64,000 nt of DNA from Acidobacteriota bacterium (GTDB lineage: Bacteria; Acidobacteriota; UBA6911). Location of the stretch: assembly GCA_963664705.1 (NCBI GenBank), contig OY761556.1, positions 4,288,001-4,352,000 on the forward strand. Direction: 5' to 3'. Both the position numbers and the translations under genes were made by a program. Under the pieces are notes generated by a model. It ran no database searches and was not told where the DNA came from. It worked only from the letters and a program-made list of their open reading frames with translations. Positions 41,330 through 50,901 of the stretch are shown here, piece by piece (the first letter of the stretch is position 1; every line of letters starts with the position of its first letter).

Positions 41330-42849
41330 GCAAGATTATTGAGTGCGTCCCCAATTTCAGCGAAGGAAGGCGCAGAGAGGTCGTTGATGCTCTATGTGCC
41401 GCTTTTACCAGCGTGCCCGGAGTTGCTCTTCTCGACAGGGAAATGGATGCCGCTCACAATCGCTGTGTCCTTTCGGTTGCCGGGCCGCCGGATGCCATAG
41501 CCGAGGGAGTTCTATCAGCCGCAGGCAAAGCGATTGAACTCATAGATCTGAGACAGCATCAAGGAGAACACCCTCGCATGGGGGCTGTTGATGTCATCCC
41601 TTTTATCCCGATTTCCGACACAAGCATTGAAGAATGCATTGAGCTTTCCGTCCGCGTAGCCCAAACCATCGCCGAACGCTATTCGGTTCCAGTCTATCTT
41701 TACGATCAGTCGGCTCGCATTCCTGAACGACGAGACCTTGCCTATGTGCGCAAGGGCCAGTTTGAGGGGATCCGGGAGGAAATTCGAACGCATCCGGAGA
41801 GGAAGCCTGATTTCGGGCCCTCCGAAATCCACCCCTCGGCCGGCGCAACGGCTGTCGGGGCGCGCCACCCTCTGGTTGCTTACAATATCTATCTCCGATC
41901 CGGCGACTTGCGGATAGCCAAGGAGATTGCGCGCTCGATCCGTTTTGCCGATGGCGGTCTGCGCTATCTGAAAGCTCTCGGTTTCGAGATCAGGGACCGG
42001 CAGCAGGTTCAGGTATCCATGAATCTTACCAATTACGCGTCGACGCCCTTATTTCGCGTATTTGACCTGGTATCGCGCGAGGCTGCGCGCCATGGCGTGG
42101 CCATTGCTTCCAGCGAGATTGTCGGATTGATTCCGCAAAAAGCCCTGGATGATTCAGCGGGATACTACCTGCGGCTCGAGAACTTCAACAGCGATCAGAT
42201 TCTGGAAAACAGGCTTCGGGAATCCCTGGCCTCGAATCCTGGAATCGATGCATTCCTGTCCAGCGTGGCCGATATCTCCCCACTTCTCCCGGGCGGAGGC
42301 AGTGTTGCCGCCGTTGCCGGATCTCTCGCAGCCGCCCTGGGTGAAATGATGTCCGGCCTGACCGAAGGCAGGAGCAAATTCGCAGGAGTGGATGCCGAGG
42401 TGCGCGAGATTCATTCAAGGCTCACAACTGCCAGGAACGCAATGAGGCGGCTGGTGGATGACGATTCGGCAGCCTTCAGCAGCGTTATGGATGCGCTGAA
42501 GCTTCCGAAGGAAACGGAGGATCAGAAGAAATTGCGGGCGGAGGCGGTTGAACTGGCTACCAGGAAAGCTACAGAAACTCCACTGCGCACAGCGCATATT
42601 TCTGTTGAGATCCTGCAGGCTATAAGCGTTCTGGTGAGAGTTGGAAATCCGAATGCCCGATGCGACGCGGCGGTGGGCGCTCAGATGGCCTGTTCGGCAT
42701 TAAAAGGTGCCCAATATAACGTCCTGGCCAACATTAAATCCTTGAAAGATAAGGCATTTGCCGAAAACTGCCGTAAAGAGGTCTCGGATCTGGCCCGGCA
42801 AGGGCAAGCCATTCTTCAGCAAATTGATTCCGAAATCATCGGAGTGTAG
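41326..42849 (+). CDS. ftcd: Glutamate formiminotransferase / formiminotetrahydrofolate cyclodeaminase fusion
   Basis: TTG start overlapping the hutI stop; ECVPNFSEGR, HPRMGAVDV, QVSMNL; C-terminal PGGGSVAA cyclodeaminase. Confidence 0.93.
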   Translation: MSKIIECVPNFSEGRRREVVDALCAAFTSVPGVALLDREMDAAHNRCVLSVAGPPDAIAEGVLSAAGKAIELIDLRQHQGEHPRMGAVDVIPFIPISDTSIEECIELSVRVAQTIAERYSVPVYLYDQSARIPERRDLAYVRKGQFEGIREEIRTHPERKPDFGPSEIHPSAGATAVGARHPLVAYNIYLRSGDLRIAKEIARSIRFADGGLRYLKALGFEIRDRQQVQVSMNLTNYASTPLFRVFDLVSREAARHGVAIASSEIVGLIPQKALDDSAGYYLRLENFNSDQILENRLRESLASNPGIDAFLSSVADISPLLPGGGSVAAVAGSLAAALGEMMSGLTEGRSKFAGVDAEVREIHSRLTTARNAMRRLVDDDSAAFSSVMDALKLPKETEDQKKLRAEAVELATRKATETPLRTAHISVEILQAISVLVRVGNPNARCDAAVGAQMACSALKGAQYNVLANIKSLKDKAFAENCRKEVSDLARQGQAILQQIDSEIIGV

Positions 42850-42993
42850 ACGCCGTAGAAGTAATCCAGCAGCCAAACGGACCACGGTCCCAACGGGGTT
42901 TCTCCTGCATGAATAACCGGGTCCGGAATTCAACGAGGACTGGAGATAGCAGTTCCGCATCCGTCTACTGATGCGGTTTGGACGCTGCTCTGG

Positions 42994-43167
42994 TTAACTC
43001 TTCTCGTTCTTATTCTGCGGCTCTTCCTGGCCGGCTTTGAGCGAAGACTTGAAATTCCTGATTCCCTCTCCAAGTCCCTTGCCCAATTGTGGGATCTTAT
43101 TGACTCCAAAGATCAGGATAACGATCACAAGGATGACAATAAGTTCACCAGTCCCAAGACCAAACAT
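42994..43167 (-). CDS. tatA: Twin-arginine translocase TatA/TatE subunit
   Basis: Below the ORF-track cutoff: [57 protein letters not shown]; GGAGG RBS. Confidence 0.93.
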   Translation of the reverse strand: MFGLGTGELIVILVIVILIFGVNKIPQLGKGLGEGIRNFKSSLKAGQEEPQNKNEKS

Positions 43168-43414
43168 AAGCTACCTCCAAATTAGGGAAACGAGTCATAT
43201 TGAGAGTACTGTATTGATCCGGTAGAAGTCAAATCATAGTGGACTTCGTTCCCTGCCCGGGGAGCATCCCGGGAGCCTTTATGCAACATGGATCGTCCCC
43301 AAAAAAAGGCTTGAGTCCGGCCCAGAGTCCCGTCGGCATCAACGTTCCCGTTTGTTGAGAAACAGGCGATACGCCCTCGGATCCCAGCCCATGGCTCCGT
43401 AATCCCAAAGCTAT

Positions 43415-43434
43415 GGTATATCTATAGCTATACC
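43415..43434. promoter_or_regulatory. Near-perfect 20-bp palindrome (candidate operator or enhancer site)
   Basis: GGTATATCTATAGCTATACC, 18/20 self-complementary. Confidence 0.5.
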
Positions 43435-43487
43435 CCCAAATAAATCGCTTGTGTGGACGCGTGAAATGTCCTATAAATCACGGGCTG

Positions 43488-43504
43488 TAGGCATAAAACT
43501 TGCA
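43488..43504 (+). promoter_or_regulatory. Candidate sigma54 promoter for the corrinoid methyltransferase operon
   Basis: TAGGCATAAAACTTGCA with GG-N10-GC spacing. Confidence 0.55.
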
Positions 43505-43725
43505 CCTTATCATTCAGGAGCATCTGCGAAGGCTTTCATGTGGCCTTTCGCTTCTTGAGCGCCTCCCTCGAAAGCTCGCGATGATCCGGGCACTAGATAT
43601 TTGAAAAAACACTCGATGTTCTTCAGTCCTGCCCTTGATTGTCCAGCGGTAAAGCTGAGAATCATCCGATCTGTTTTCCCGGACCGGCCGCAGGCAGGAG
43701 ATTCTCTCGAAAGGAGCAGTTCAAG

Positions 43726-44547
43726 TTGAAGATAATTGGTGAAAAGATCAACGGAACCCGCAAGCGCGTGCAACAGGCTATTATGGAACGCGATGCGAAA
43801 TTCATCCAGGATTTGGCTTTGAGCCAGGCAGCAGCCGGCGCTGACTGGCTGGATGCCAATGCAGGAACCGCCCCGCAACGCGAACCGGAAGATCTCATTT
43901 GGCTGGTTGAAAATATTCAGGCCGTGACCGAAACTCCGATCTGTCTCGACAGCGCCAATCCCGCGGCATTGGAAACAGCCATCAAGGTAGTAAAGAAAAC
44001 CCCGATGATCAACTCGATCAGCGCTGAACCGCACCGCCTGACTGGCGTGCTGCCGCTTGTTGCTCAATACAAGACTCCCGCGATTGCGCTGGCCATGGAT
44101 GAAAAAGGAATTCCAAAAACAAGGGAAGATCGCCTGAACGTCATTCGCAAGCTTCTCGGCGAAACCCGCAAAGTTGGAATTCCGGATGACTCCCTATATT
44201 TCGATCCCCTGGCGATGACCATTGCAACCGGGCAGGATAACGGCATGGTCTTCTTCGATACCATCCGTTCTATTCGCAGCGAATTTCCCGAAGTTCACAT
44301 TACCTGTGGCCTCAGCAATATCTCTTTCGGAATGCCGGCTCGCGCGTACATCAATCGCATCTTCCTGACTCTTGCCATGCAGGCTGGGCTCGACAGTGCG
44401 ATTTGCGATCCCAATGAACACGAGATCAAAACCACAATGCTGGCCACTGAGCTTTTGTTGAACCAGGACAGACATTGTCTCAAGTATACCAAAGCATTTC
44501 GCGCTGGAGTTTTTAACAGGCCACCATCCGGGGCCGGCAAGGCATAA
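43726..44547 (+). CDS. Methyltetrahydrofolate:corrinoid methyltransferase (pterin-binding, AcsE/MT2-like)
   Basis: TTG start after AAGGAG; IIGEKINGTRK, GADWLDANAG, LDSAN, INSIS and GLSNISFGMP. Confidence 0.92.
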   Translation: MKIIGEKINGTRKRVQQAIMERDAKFIQDLALSQAAAGADWLDANAGTAPQREPEDLIWLVENIQAVTETPICLDSANPAALETAIKVVKKTPMINSISAEPHRLTGVLPLVAQYKTPAIALAMDEKGIPKTREDRLNVIRKLLGETRKVGIPDDSLYFDPLAMTIATGQDNGMVFFDTIRSIRSEFPEVHITCGLSNISFGMPARAYINRIFLTLAMQAGLDSAICDPNEHEIKTTMLATELLLNQDRHCLKYTKAFRAGVFNRPPSGAGKA

Positions 44548-44606
44548 TCCGTTGGCAAGGAACTTTTGAATAATTTCTACTAAAGGAAGCAAAAAAGGAG
44601 AGCTCT

Positions 44607-45245
44607 ATGTCGAAAGAATTAATCGATGCCGTCGTTGATATGCGTGAAGAAGACGCTGTAAAGATTGCTGAAACCCTGCTGAATTCCGGGGCCGATCCGC
44701 TCGGTCTTCTGGACGACTGCCGTGAAGCGCTTGGCATTATCGGTGGCAAGTTCGCCGCTGGTGAATGCTTTGTCCCTGAACTGATTCTGGCCGGCGAAAT
44801 GCTGCGACAGGTTGGCGCGCTGGTAAAGCCCAGGCTTGCCACTTCAGGCGCGGGCGCCCAGAAAAAGATCGGCAAGATCGTCTTCGGAACGGTGGAAGGC
44901 GACATCCATGACATCGCAAAAGATATCGTGGTTTTCATGCTGGACATCAACGGTTTCGACGTAATGGATCTGGGCGTCGATGTGCCGGTTGCGAGATTTG
45001 TTGAGGCCGTAAAGGAATTCAAGCCTCAGGTCGTCGGTCTCAGCGGCTTCTTGACACTCGCTTATGACCCGATGAAAAACACCGTACAGGCCCTAAAGGA
45101 TGCGGGACTTCGGGACAGCGTCAAGATCATGATCGGCGGCGGGCAGATGGATGACCAGGTTGCCGCGTATGCAAAGGCAGATGCCTACGGCAAGGACGCC
45201 ATGGCAGCCGTTACCCTGTCCAAGGGATGGGTAGGGGCGAAATAA
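44607..45245 (+). CDS. Corrinoid (cobalamin-binding) methyl-carrier protein
   Basis: B12 cap domain (F.PELILAG), GTVEGDIHDIAK, DLGVDV, LSGFLT and MIGGG. Confidence 0.93.
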   Translation: MSKELIDAVVDMREEDAVKIAETLLNSGADPLGLLDDCREALGIIGGKFAAGECFVPELILAGEMLRQVGALVKPRLATSGAGAQKKIGKIVFGTVEGDIHDIAKDIVVFMLDINGFDVMDLGVDVPVARFVEAVKEFKPQVVGLSGFLTLAYDPMKNTVQALKDAGLRDSVKIMIGGGQMDDQVAAYAKADAYGKDAMAAVTLSKGWVGAK

Positions 45246-45247
45246 CC

Positions 45248-46591
45248 ATGCCAAAACCGGATAATTTCGATAGTTTATCTCCCGATCAGAAGCGTCAAGC
45301 GCGGCTGGATGCGTGGGTAAACCACGAGAACCTCGAATTTAAGAATCCGGAAGCTGAAAAAGCGTACCGGGAACGCGCTCAGATGTTTGTTGACGTTTTC
45401 CTGCTGAAAAAGCCCAAACGGGTGCCCGTGACTATTTCCACGGGCTTCTTCCCATTCCTGCACGCCGGGTTCACCTGCAAAGATGCAATGTACGATTATG
45501 CAAAACTCGGCAAGGCAATGAAGCAATTTCATACTGAGTTCATGCCTGACGCTACCGCGTCTGCGGGGCTTTACGCACCTGGCACCATTCTGGAAATCCT
45601 GGACTATAAGCTCTATCACTGGCCGGGCCACGGAGTACCGGAAAACACGTCTTACCAGTGCGCTGAAGCGGAATTCATGAAGGCGGATGAGTATGGAGCG
45701 TATCTGAACGACCCCAGCGATTATTTTATCCGCACTTACCTGCCTCGTGTCATGGGAGCGTTGGAACCATGGAAGGAGCTTCCGCCCTTCACGAACCATC
45801 TGGAGCTCCCGTTCATTCCGTGGGGAATGCTGCCCTTTGGTCTGCCTCATATTCAGGAAACTTTAAAAAAACTGATGAAAGCCGGCGAAGTCGCGCTGGA
45901 ATGGGCTGGGAAGGTCGCAGAAATTGACAGCGACAACATCACCAGCCTGGGGCTGCCGAAATATCAGGGCGGTTTCTCAAAGGCACCATTTGACGTCATC
46001 GGCGATACCATGCGTGGCACGCGCGCGATGATGCTCGACACCTTCCGCAAAAAGAAGGAGATCCTGGATGCCTGTGAGCGGAATATCCCTTTCATGACAA
46101 AAATGCCGTATGGAGCGTATAACTGGGGTGCGGCTCCAACAGTATTTTTCCCGCTGCATAAAGGCGCAGACGGCTTCATGTCGCCGAAGAGCTTCAAGGA
46201 ACTGTACTGGCCGTCCTTTAAGCAGGTCATGCTCAATCTGATTAACGATGGTATGATCCCATTCCTGTTTGTCGAGGGAAGCTATAACCAGCGGTTGGAT
46301 CTGATTACCGATCCCGATATCCCGGCTGGCAGCACCATCTGGTATTTCGACAAGACGAATATGAAGGAAGTCAAAAAGCATCTCCAGGGATGGGCGTGCT
46401 TCGCGGGCAACTTCCCTTCATCTCTCTTGAAAACCGGGACTCCCGAGCAGGTCAAAGAACACTGCACGCAACTGTTGAATGATCTTGCCGGAGACGGCGG
46501 ATACTATATGGTTAACGGCGCGGTGCTCGATGAGGCGAATGCGGATAATCTGCATACGTATATCGATACCGTCAAATCCTACAAATACTAG
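45248..46591 (+). CDS. Uroporphyrinogen decarboxylase-fold substrate:corrinoid methyltransferase (MT1-like)
   Basis: PKRVPV, APFDVIGDTMRG, FPLHKG, FMSPKSFKELYWP, CFAGN and GTPEQV; operon context. Confidence 0.82.
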   Translation: MPKPDNFDSLSPDQKRQARLDAWVNHENLEFKNPEAEKAYRERAQMFVDVFLLKKPKRVPVTISTGFFPFLHAGFTCKDAMYDYAKLGKAMKQFHTEFMPDATASAGLYAPGTILEILDYKLYHWPGHGVPENTSYQCAEAEFMKADEYGAYLNDPSDYFIRTYLPRVMGALEPWKELPPFTNHLELPFIPWGMLPFGLPHIQETLKKLMKAGEVALEWAGKVAEIDSDNITSLGLPKYQGGFSKAPFDVIGDTMRGTRAMMLDTFRKKKEILDACERNIPFMTKMPYGAYNWGAAPTVFFPLHKGADGFMSPKSFKELYWPSFKQVMLNLINDGMIPFLFVEGSYNQRLDLITDPDIPAGSTIWYFDKTNMKEVKKHLQGWACFAGNFPSSLLKTGTPEQVKEHCTQLLNDLAGDGGYYMVNGAVLDEANADNLHTYIDTVKSYKY

Positions 46592-46613
46592 TCGAGTTGT
46601 TTCGATGGCATCG

Positions 46614-46647
46614 GCCCGGGGATTGGTTCTCATCCCCGGGCTTTTTT
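46614..46647 (+). terminator. Rho-independent terminator
   Basis: GCCCGGGGAT-TGGTTCTC-ATCCCCGGGC-TTTTTT. Confidence 0.88.
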
Positions 46648-46864
46648 ATTTTTGGGAAGTCCGTGGCTAAAAGGAGGCTATCGATCTGCCACGGGCTTTA
46701 TGAATTTTGAGGTAGCCACAATGCTCCCGCCCTTCACTTTCAACGGTTTTTTCTTTTGAAACAGGACAGCTTTGGATATGATCGGGGCCAGTTTCCAATC
46801 CAGCAGAGGACGAGTATGCGCAGGCAGTCCGCATTGTGGACCGGTGCGAAAAGGAATGGTGAGG

Positions 46865-47974
46865 ATGATGGACTCCCTAAAAATCCGCATTAATGGCAAG
46901 GAGGTTGATGGCAACCGGGGAATGACGGTTTTGCAGGCCGCAGAAAAGGCGGGAATCAGCATCCCCACACTTTGCTATCACAAGGATTTTATCCCTACAG
47001 GCTCCTGCCGCATCTGCGTCGTCGAAGTGGAAGGGTCTGGCAGGTTGATCGGATCCTGCCATACGCCCATTGCAGAAGGAATGATCATTCAAACGCATTC
47101 GCCGAAGGTCCTCTCCGCACGCAAAGCAACGATGGAACTGCTGCTGGCCGGACATACCGGGCCCTGCGTCGCGGATGTTCGAGCAGCCCAATGCGATCTG
47201 CATAGGATTGCCTCGGACCTCGAAGTCGCGCCGCCACGGTTCAGAGTAAAGCGCCCGCGCTTCTATACGATTGAAGATGTCAGCCCTTACGTGCACAGGG
47301 ACTTATCCAAGTGCATCCTGTGCTCCCGGTGTATCAGCGCCTGCAATGAACTCGCAGGCAAACGGGTCTTCGGGACAGGTTATCGCGGATTCGAGACCAA
47401 GGTCATTGTCGATAACGATGTTGCTATCGATAAAAACTTTTGCAGGGACTGCTACCTCTGCGTTGAATACTGCCCCACCAGCGCCCTGATCAAGGCCGGG
47501 CAACCGGAAGACAAAACGCGCGGCAAAAAAATGACTTCTGCATCGCCTAAGCCGCAAAAGCGGGATCGGCGATGCGGAAACCTTCTTCCAATCCTAAAAA
47601 AAGCGCAGGATCGTGCCCATTACCTGTCCCCGAAATTCATGACAAACACCGCTGATTCGCTGAATCTATCGGTAAGTGATGTATACGGAGTGTCGACTTT
47701 CTATTCTTACCTGTCCACACGACCGCTCGGGACCAATGTAATCCGAGTTTGCAAAAGCCTGCCCTGCTACCTGAAGGGATCAGAGATGATCCTGAAGAGC
47801 CTTGAGAATTCGCTTGGAATCAAACCCGGAGAAACGACGCGAGATAAGAGATTTTCCCTGGAATTGGCCAACTGCATCGGGGCGTGCGATCGCGCTCCCG
47901 CAATGCTGATCAACGAAGATGTTCACGGGAACCTGACACCAGGAAAGATATCGAAACTACTCAAGCAATACTAA
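46865..47974 (+). CDS. Fe-S fusion protein: NuoG/HydA-type N-terminal Fe-S module plus NuoE/HydC-type [2Fe-2S] domain
   Basis: IPTLC, GSCRICVVE, H-x3-C-x7-C, CILCSRC, CRDCYLCVEYCP; then VSTFYS, VCKSLPC and CIGACDRAP. Confidence 0.88.
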   Translation: MMDSLKIRINGKEVDGNRGMTVLQAAEKAGISIPTLCYHKDFIPTGSCRICVVEVEGSGRLIGSCHTPIAEGMIIQTHSPKVLSARKATMELLLAGHTGPCVADVRAAQCDLHRIASDLEVAPPRFRVKRPRFYTIEDVSPYVHRDLSKCILCSRCISACNELAGKRVFGTGYRGFETKVIVDNDVAIDKNFCRDCYLCVEYCPTSALIKAGQPEDKTRGKKMTSASPKPQKRDRRCGNLLPILKKAQDRAHYLSPKFMTNTADSLNLSVSDVYGVSTFYSYLSTRPLGTNVIRVCKSLPCYLKGSEMILKSLENSLGIKPGETTRDKRFSLELANCIGACDRAPAMLINEDVHGNLTPGKISKLLKQY

Positions 47975-48021
47975 TCTGCCGCCGGGAGTCCGGACCTCCG
48001 GGCACCTGAAGGAGAACGGCT

Positions 48022-49239
48022 GTGCAAAAACGGATCGTTTTGAAGAACTGCGGACTTGTCGATCCCAAGGATATCCGGTCCTACATCAAGCAGGATGGCT
48101 TCATGGCGCTTGAAAAAGCTCAGAAGCAGATGACTCCGGACCAGGTCATCGAGGAAGTCATCAAATCCGGGCTGTTGGGCCGTGGAGGAGCGGGCTTCTC
48201 CTGCGGCCTGAAGTGGAAGCTGGCCAAAGAGCAGTCTGAGAAGGAAAAATTCCTCATCTGCAATGCGGATGAGGGGGAAGTAGGAACTTTCAAAGACAGG
48301 TATATCCTGGAAAACGATCCTTTCACCCTGATCGAAGCTCTTGCCATTGCGGGCTGGGCGATCGGCGCATCCAAAGCCTTCATCTACCTTCGAGCGGAAT
48401 ATCGATTCCTGTCCGGACTCGTCCTCAACGCCATCAAACAATCGCAAAAAAAGGGATTTTTAAAGCACCTCGAGATTGAGCTGCGCGAAGGCGCAGGCGC
48501 GTATATGTGCGGAGAGGAATCGGGGCTCATGAATTCGATTGAGGGATTCAGAGGCGAAGCCCGCTACAAGCCCCCCTTCCCTCCGGCAAAGGGCCTCTGG
48601 GGCAAACCGACTGTCATCAATAATGTGGAAACTTTGATGAATATTCCTCAGATCGTCCTGAACGGCAGTGAATGGTTCAGGGGATTCGGGACGGAGAAGA
48701 GCAAAGGGACCAAGGTCTTTTCAGTGAGCGGCGATGTGGCCAGGCCCGGCGTTTATGAACTGGAACTTGGAAGCAGGCTGTCGGAACTGGTACTTGAGCT
48801 GGCATCCGCCGCAGAGACAAAGATGATACAGGTTGGAGGCGCCTGCGGACGAATTCTACCGGCCGAACTCATAGACACGCCACTTGCCTATGAAAGCATC
48901 CTGGGAGCCGGCGCCGTTACCGTCTTTGACAAGACGCGCGACATTATCGAAATGATGTGCCGGAACACCGAGTTCCTGGGCGAAGAATCGTGCGGTCGTT
49001 GCGCACCCTGCCGTGATGGTTCGGAGGCTATGCTGGATATATTGCATCGGCTGACCAATGGGGAAGGCGCAAGCGAGGACATCGGCGCGCTGGAAGATCT
49101 GTCAAGAGTGATGTCTCTCTCGGCTTTGTGCGGGTTGGGACAAACCGCATCGGTCCCGGTCATGGATAGCCTGAAGTATTTCAGGAAGGAATATGAAAGC
49201 CGGATCGAGCAGTCACGATTTTTGAGGACCCTTCGATAG
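48022..49239 (+). CDS. NADH-binding flavoprotein, NuoF/HydB-like (short form)
   Basis: GRGGAGF, NADEGEVGTFKDR, GAYMCGEE, NNVET, ESCGRCAPCR and LCGLG. Confidence 0.92.
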   Translation: MQKRIVLKNCGLVDPKDIRSYIKQDGFMALEKAQKQMTPDQVIEEVIKSGLLGRGGAGFSCGLKWKLAKEQSEKEKFLICNADEGEVGTFKDRYILENDPFTLIEALAIAGWAIGASKAFIYLRAEYRFLSGLVLNAIKQSQKKGFLKHLEIELREGAGAYMCGEESGLMNSIEGFRGEARYKPPFPPAKGLWGKPTVINNVETLMNIPQIVLNGSEWFRGFGTEKSKGTKVFSVSGDVARPGVYELELGSRLSELVLELASAAETKMIQVGGACGRILPAELIDTPLAYESILGAGAVTVFDKTRDIIEMMCRNTEFLGEESCGRCAPCRDGSEAMLDILHRLTNGEGASEDIGALEDLSRVMSLSALCGLGQTASVPVMDSLKYFRKEYESRIEQSRFLRTLR

Positions 49240-49293
49240 TCGGTAGCGGGCAGTGGCCACTGCCGACCGGGAAAAACCAGGAGTGAAACCGGG

Positions 49294-49905
49294 ATGCCTA
49301 AGAAGAAAACAGATACGACAGCTGCACTGACGAAGTACTCGTGCCCGTACTGCCGGGACACCTTTGATACTTTCGAATCGATTAAGGCACACTTCCTGGC
49401 CGGACATCCGCAAGGGATATTGCCCGAACCGGAAGGAACGATTCATATCACGGTCAACGGGCAGCAATACAAGCTCCAGGTTGAATCCGACTGGACGCTT
49501 CATTACCTGATCCACGACAAACTCGGACTGACGGGAACCAAACTCATGTGCGACCGTGGAGCTTGCGGATCCTGCACGGTAATCATGAACGGAAGACCCA
49601 TCCTCTCATGCATGACCCTGGCGATCGAATGCAATGGCCAGCGGATTGAAACCGTCGAGGGAATCGCCGCGGCAAACCATCCACTGGTTGAGGAATATGT
49701 CAAACACCACTGCATGCAATGCGGCTATTGCACTCCCGGGTTTGTTGTAACGGCAAAAGCACTCCTGGACAGGAATCTGAACCCGACGGAACAGGACATC
49801 CGCGAAGCGCTGGGAGGGAATCTCTGCCGTTGCGGCACCTATCCACAGCATCCTAAGGCCATTCTTCAGGCAGCCAGGCTGCTGCGGGAAGCCGCGACCA
49901 GATAG
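49294..49905 (+). CDS. Xanthine dehydrogenase family [2Fe-2S] subunit with N-terminal C2H2 zinc finger, copy 2 (no Tat signal)
   Basis: YSCPYCRDTFDTFESIKAHFLAGH; CDRGACGSC, QCGYCTPG and GNLCRCG. Confidence 0.92.
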   Translation: MPKKKTDTTAALTKYSCPYCRDTFDTFESIKAHFLAGHPQGILPEPEGTIHITVNGQQYKLQVESDWTLHYLIHDKLGLTGTKLMCDRGACGSCTVIMNGRPILSCMTLAIECNGQRIETVEGIAAANHPLVEEYVKHHCMQCGYCTPGFVVTAKALLDRNLNPTEQDIREALGGNLCRCGTYPQHPKAILQAARLLREAATR

Positions 49906-49917
49906 TCGGAGGACATC

Positions 49918-50901
49918 ATGAGGAAATTCACGCATATTGAAGCTCGAACAATCGACGAAGCGGCTTCGGCTTTGCGGAGATACGGAAATCGAGCAAGCGT
50001 TATCGCAGGTGGAACGGACATTCTGGGAAAAATGAAGGATGAAATCCTGCCCCGGTATCCCGAGGCTCTCATCAACATCAAATCAATTCCCGGCCTCGAT
50101 TTTTTCAGGGAAGAAGCGGGCGTGCTTCGAATCGGCGCACTGGCAAAACTCGAAGACATCGGGAAAGAACCTTTGATTCGTACAAAATACACCGCCCTTG
50201 CCCTGGCCGCAGCCAGAACCGCATCGCCGCATCTGCGCGAGATGGGAACCCTGGGAGGCAATCTGTGCCAGGATATTCGCTGCTGGTATTACCGCAATGC
50301 AAACAACCGGTTCCCCTGCCTTCGGAAAGGTGGAGGACGATGCTACGCCATTGATGGCGACAATCGGTACCATTCAATTATGGGCGGCAGTGTCGAGGGA
50401 GGTTGTTACGCGGTGCATCCCAGTGATACCGCCCCGGCCCTGATCGCCCTGAACGCCGGCGTCATGACTACAAAAAGGATGATCAAGCTGGAGGATCTTT
50501 TCCAGGTCGATGTGGCGAAAACCACAATTTTGGACCCGGATGAGATGATCACGGAAATTCACGTACCGGAACCATCGGCGGAATCCAGAAGCGCTTTTCT
50601 CAAATTCGCCATCAGAAAGGCTATCGATTTTCCGATCGTAAATTGCGCGGCAATGATCAGCACAGCCGCCGGCAAGATCACGTCCGCACGCATCTGCCTG
50701 AATGCCATCGCAGTGAAACCGTACCGTGCAGTAAAAGCGGAGGAAGCGATCCTGAAAAAAACCATTGATGAAGGGATTGCGGAAGAGGCGGGAAAAGCCG
50801 CTATGGCCGATGCAAAACCGATGGAACGCAATGGCTACATGGTTCAAATTGCTCGAGTCCTGATCAAGAGAGCAATCCTGGCCTGCCGTGAGATGAATTG
50901 A
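49918..50901 (+). CDS. Xanthine dehydrogenase family FAD-binding subunit, copy 2
   Basis: AGGTDI, TLGGNLCQ, RCWYYR Fe-S insert, HPSD and AIRKAIDFPIVNCA. Confidence 0.92.
   Translation: MRKFTHIEARTIDEAASALRRYGNRASVIAGGTDILGKMKDEILPRYPEALINIKSIPGLDFFREEAGVLRIGALAKLEDIGKEPLIRTKYTALALAAARTASPHLREMGTLGGNLCQDIRCWYYRNANNRFPCLRKGGGRCYAIDGDNRYHSIMGGSVEGGCYAVHPSDTAPALIALNAGVMTTKRMIKLEDLFQVDVAKTTILDPDEMITEIHVPEPSAESRSAFLKFAIRKAIDFPIVNCAAMISTAAGKITSARICLNAIAVKPYRAVKAEEAILKKTIDEGIAEEAGKAAMADAKPMERNGYMVQIARVLIKRAILACREMN

Noticed and set aside
46865-49239. Calling the Fe-S/NuoF genes a hydrogenase, formate dehydrogenase or complex I
   Set aside because: No H-cluster, NiFe, Mo/W-bisPGD or membrane-arm subunits are present.
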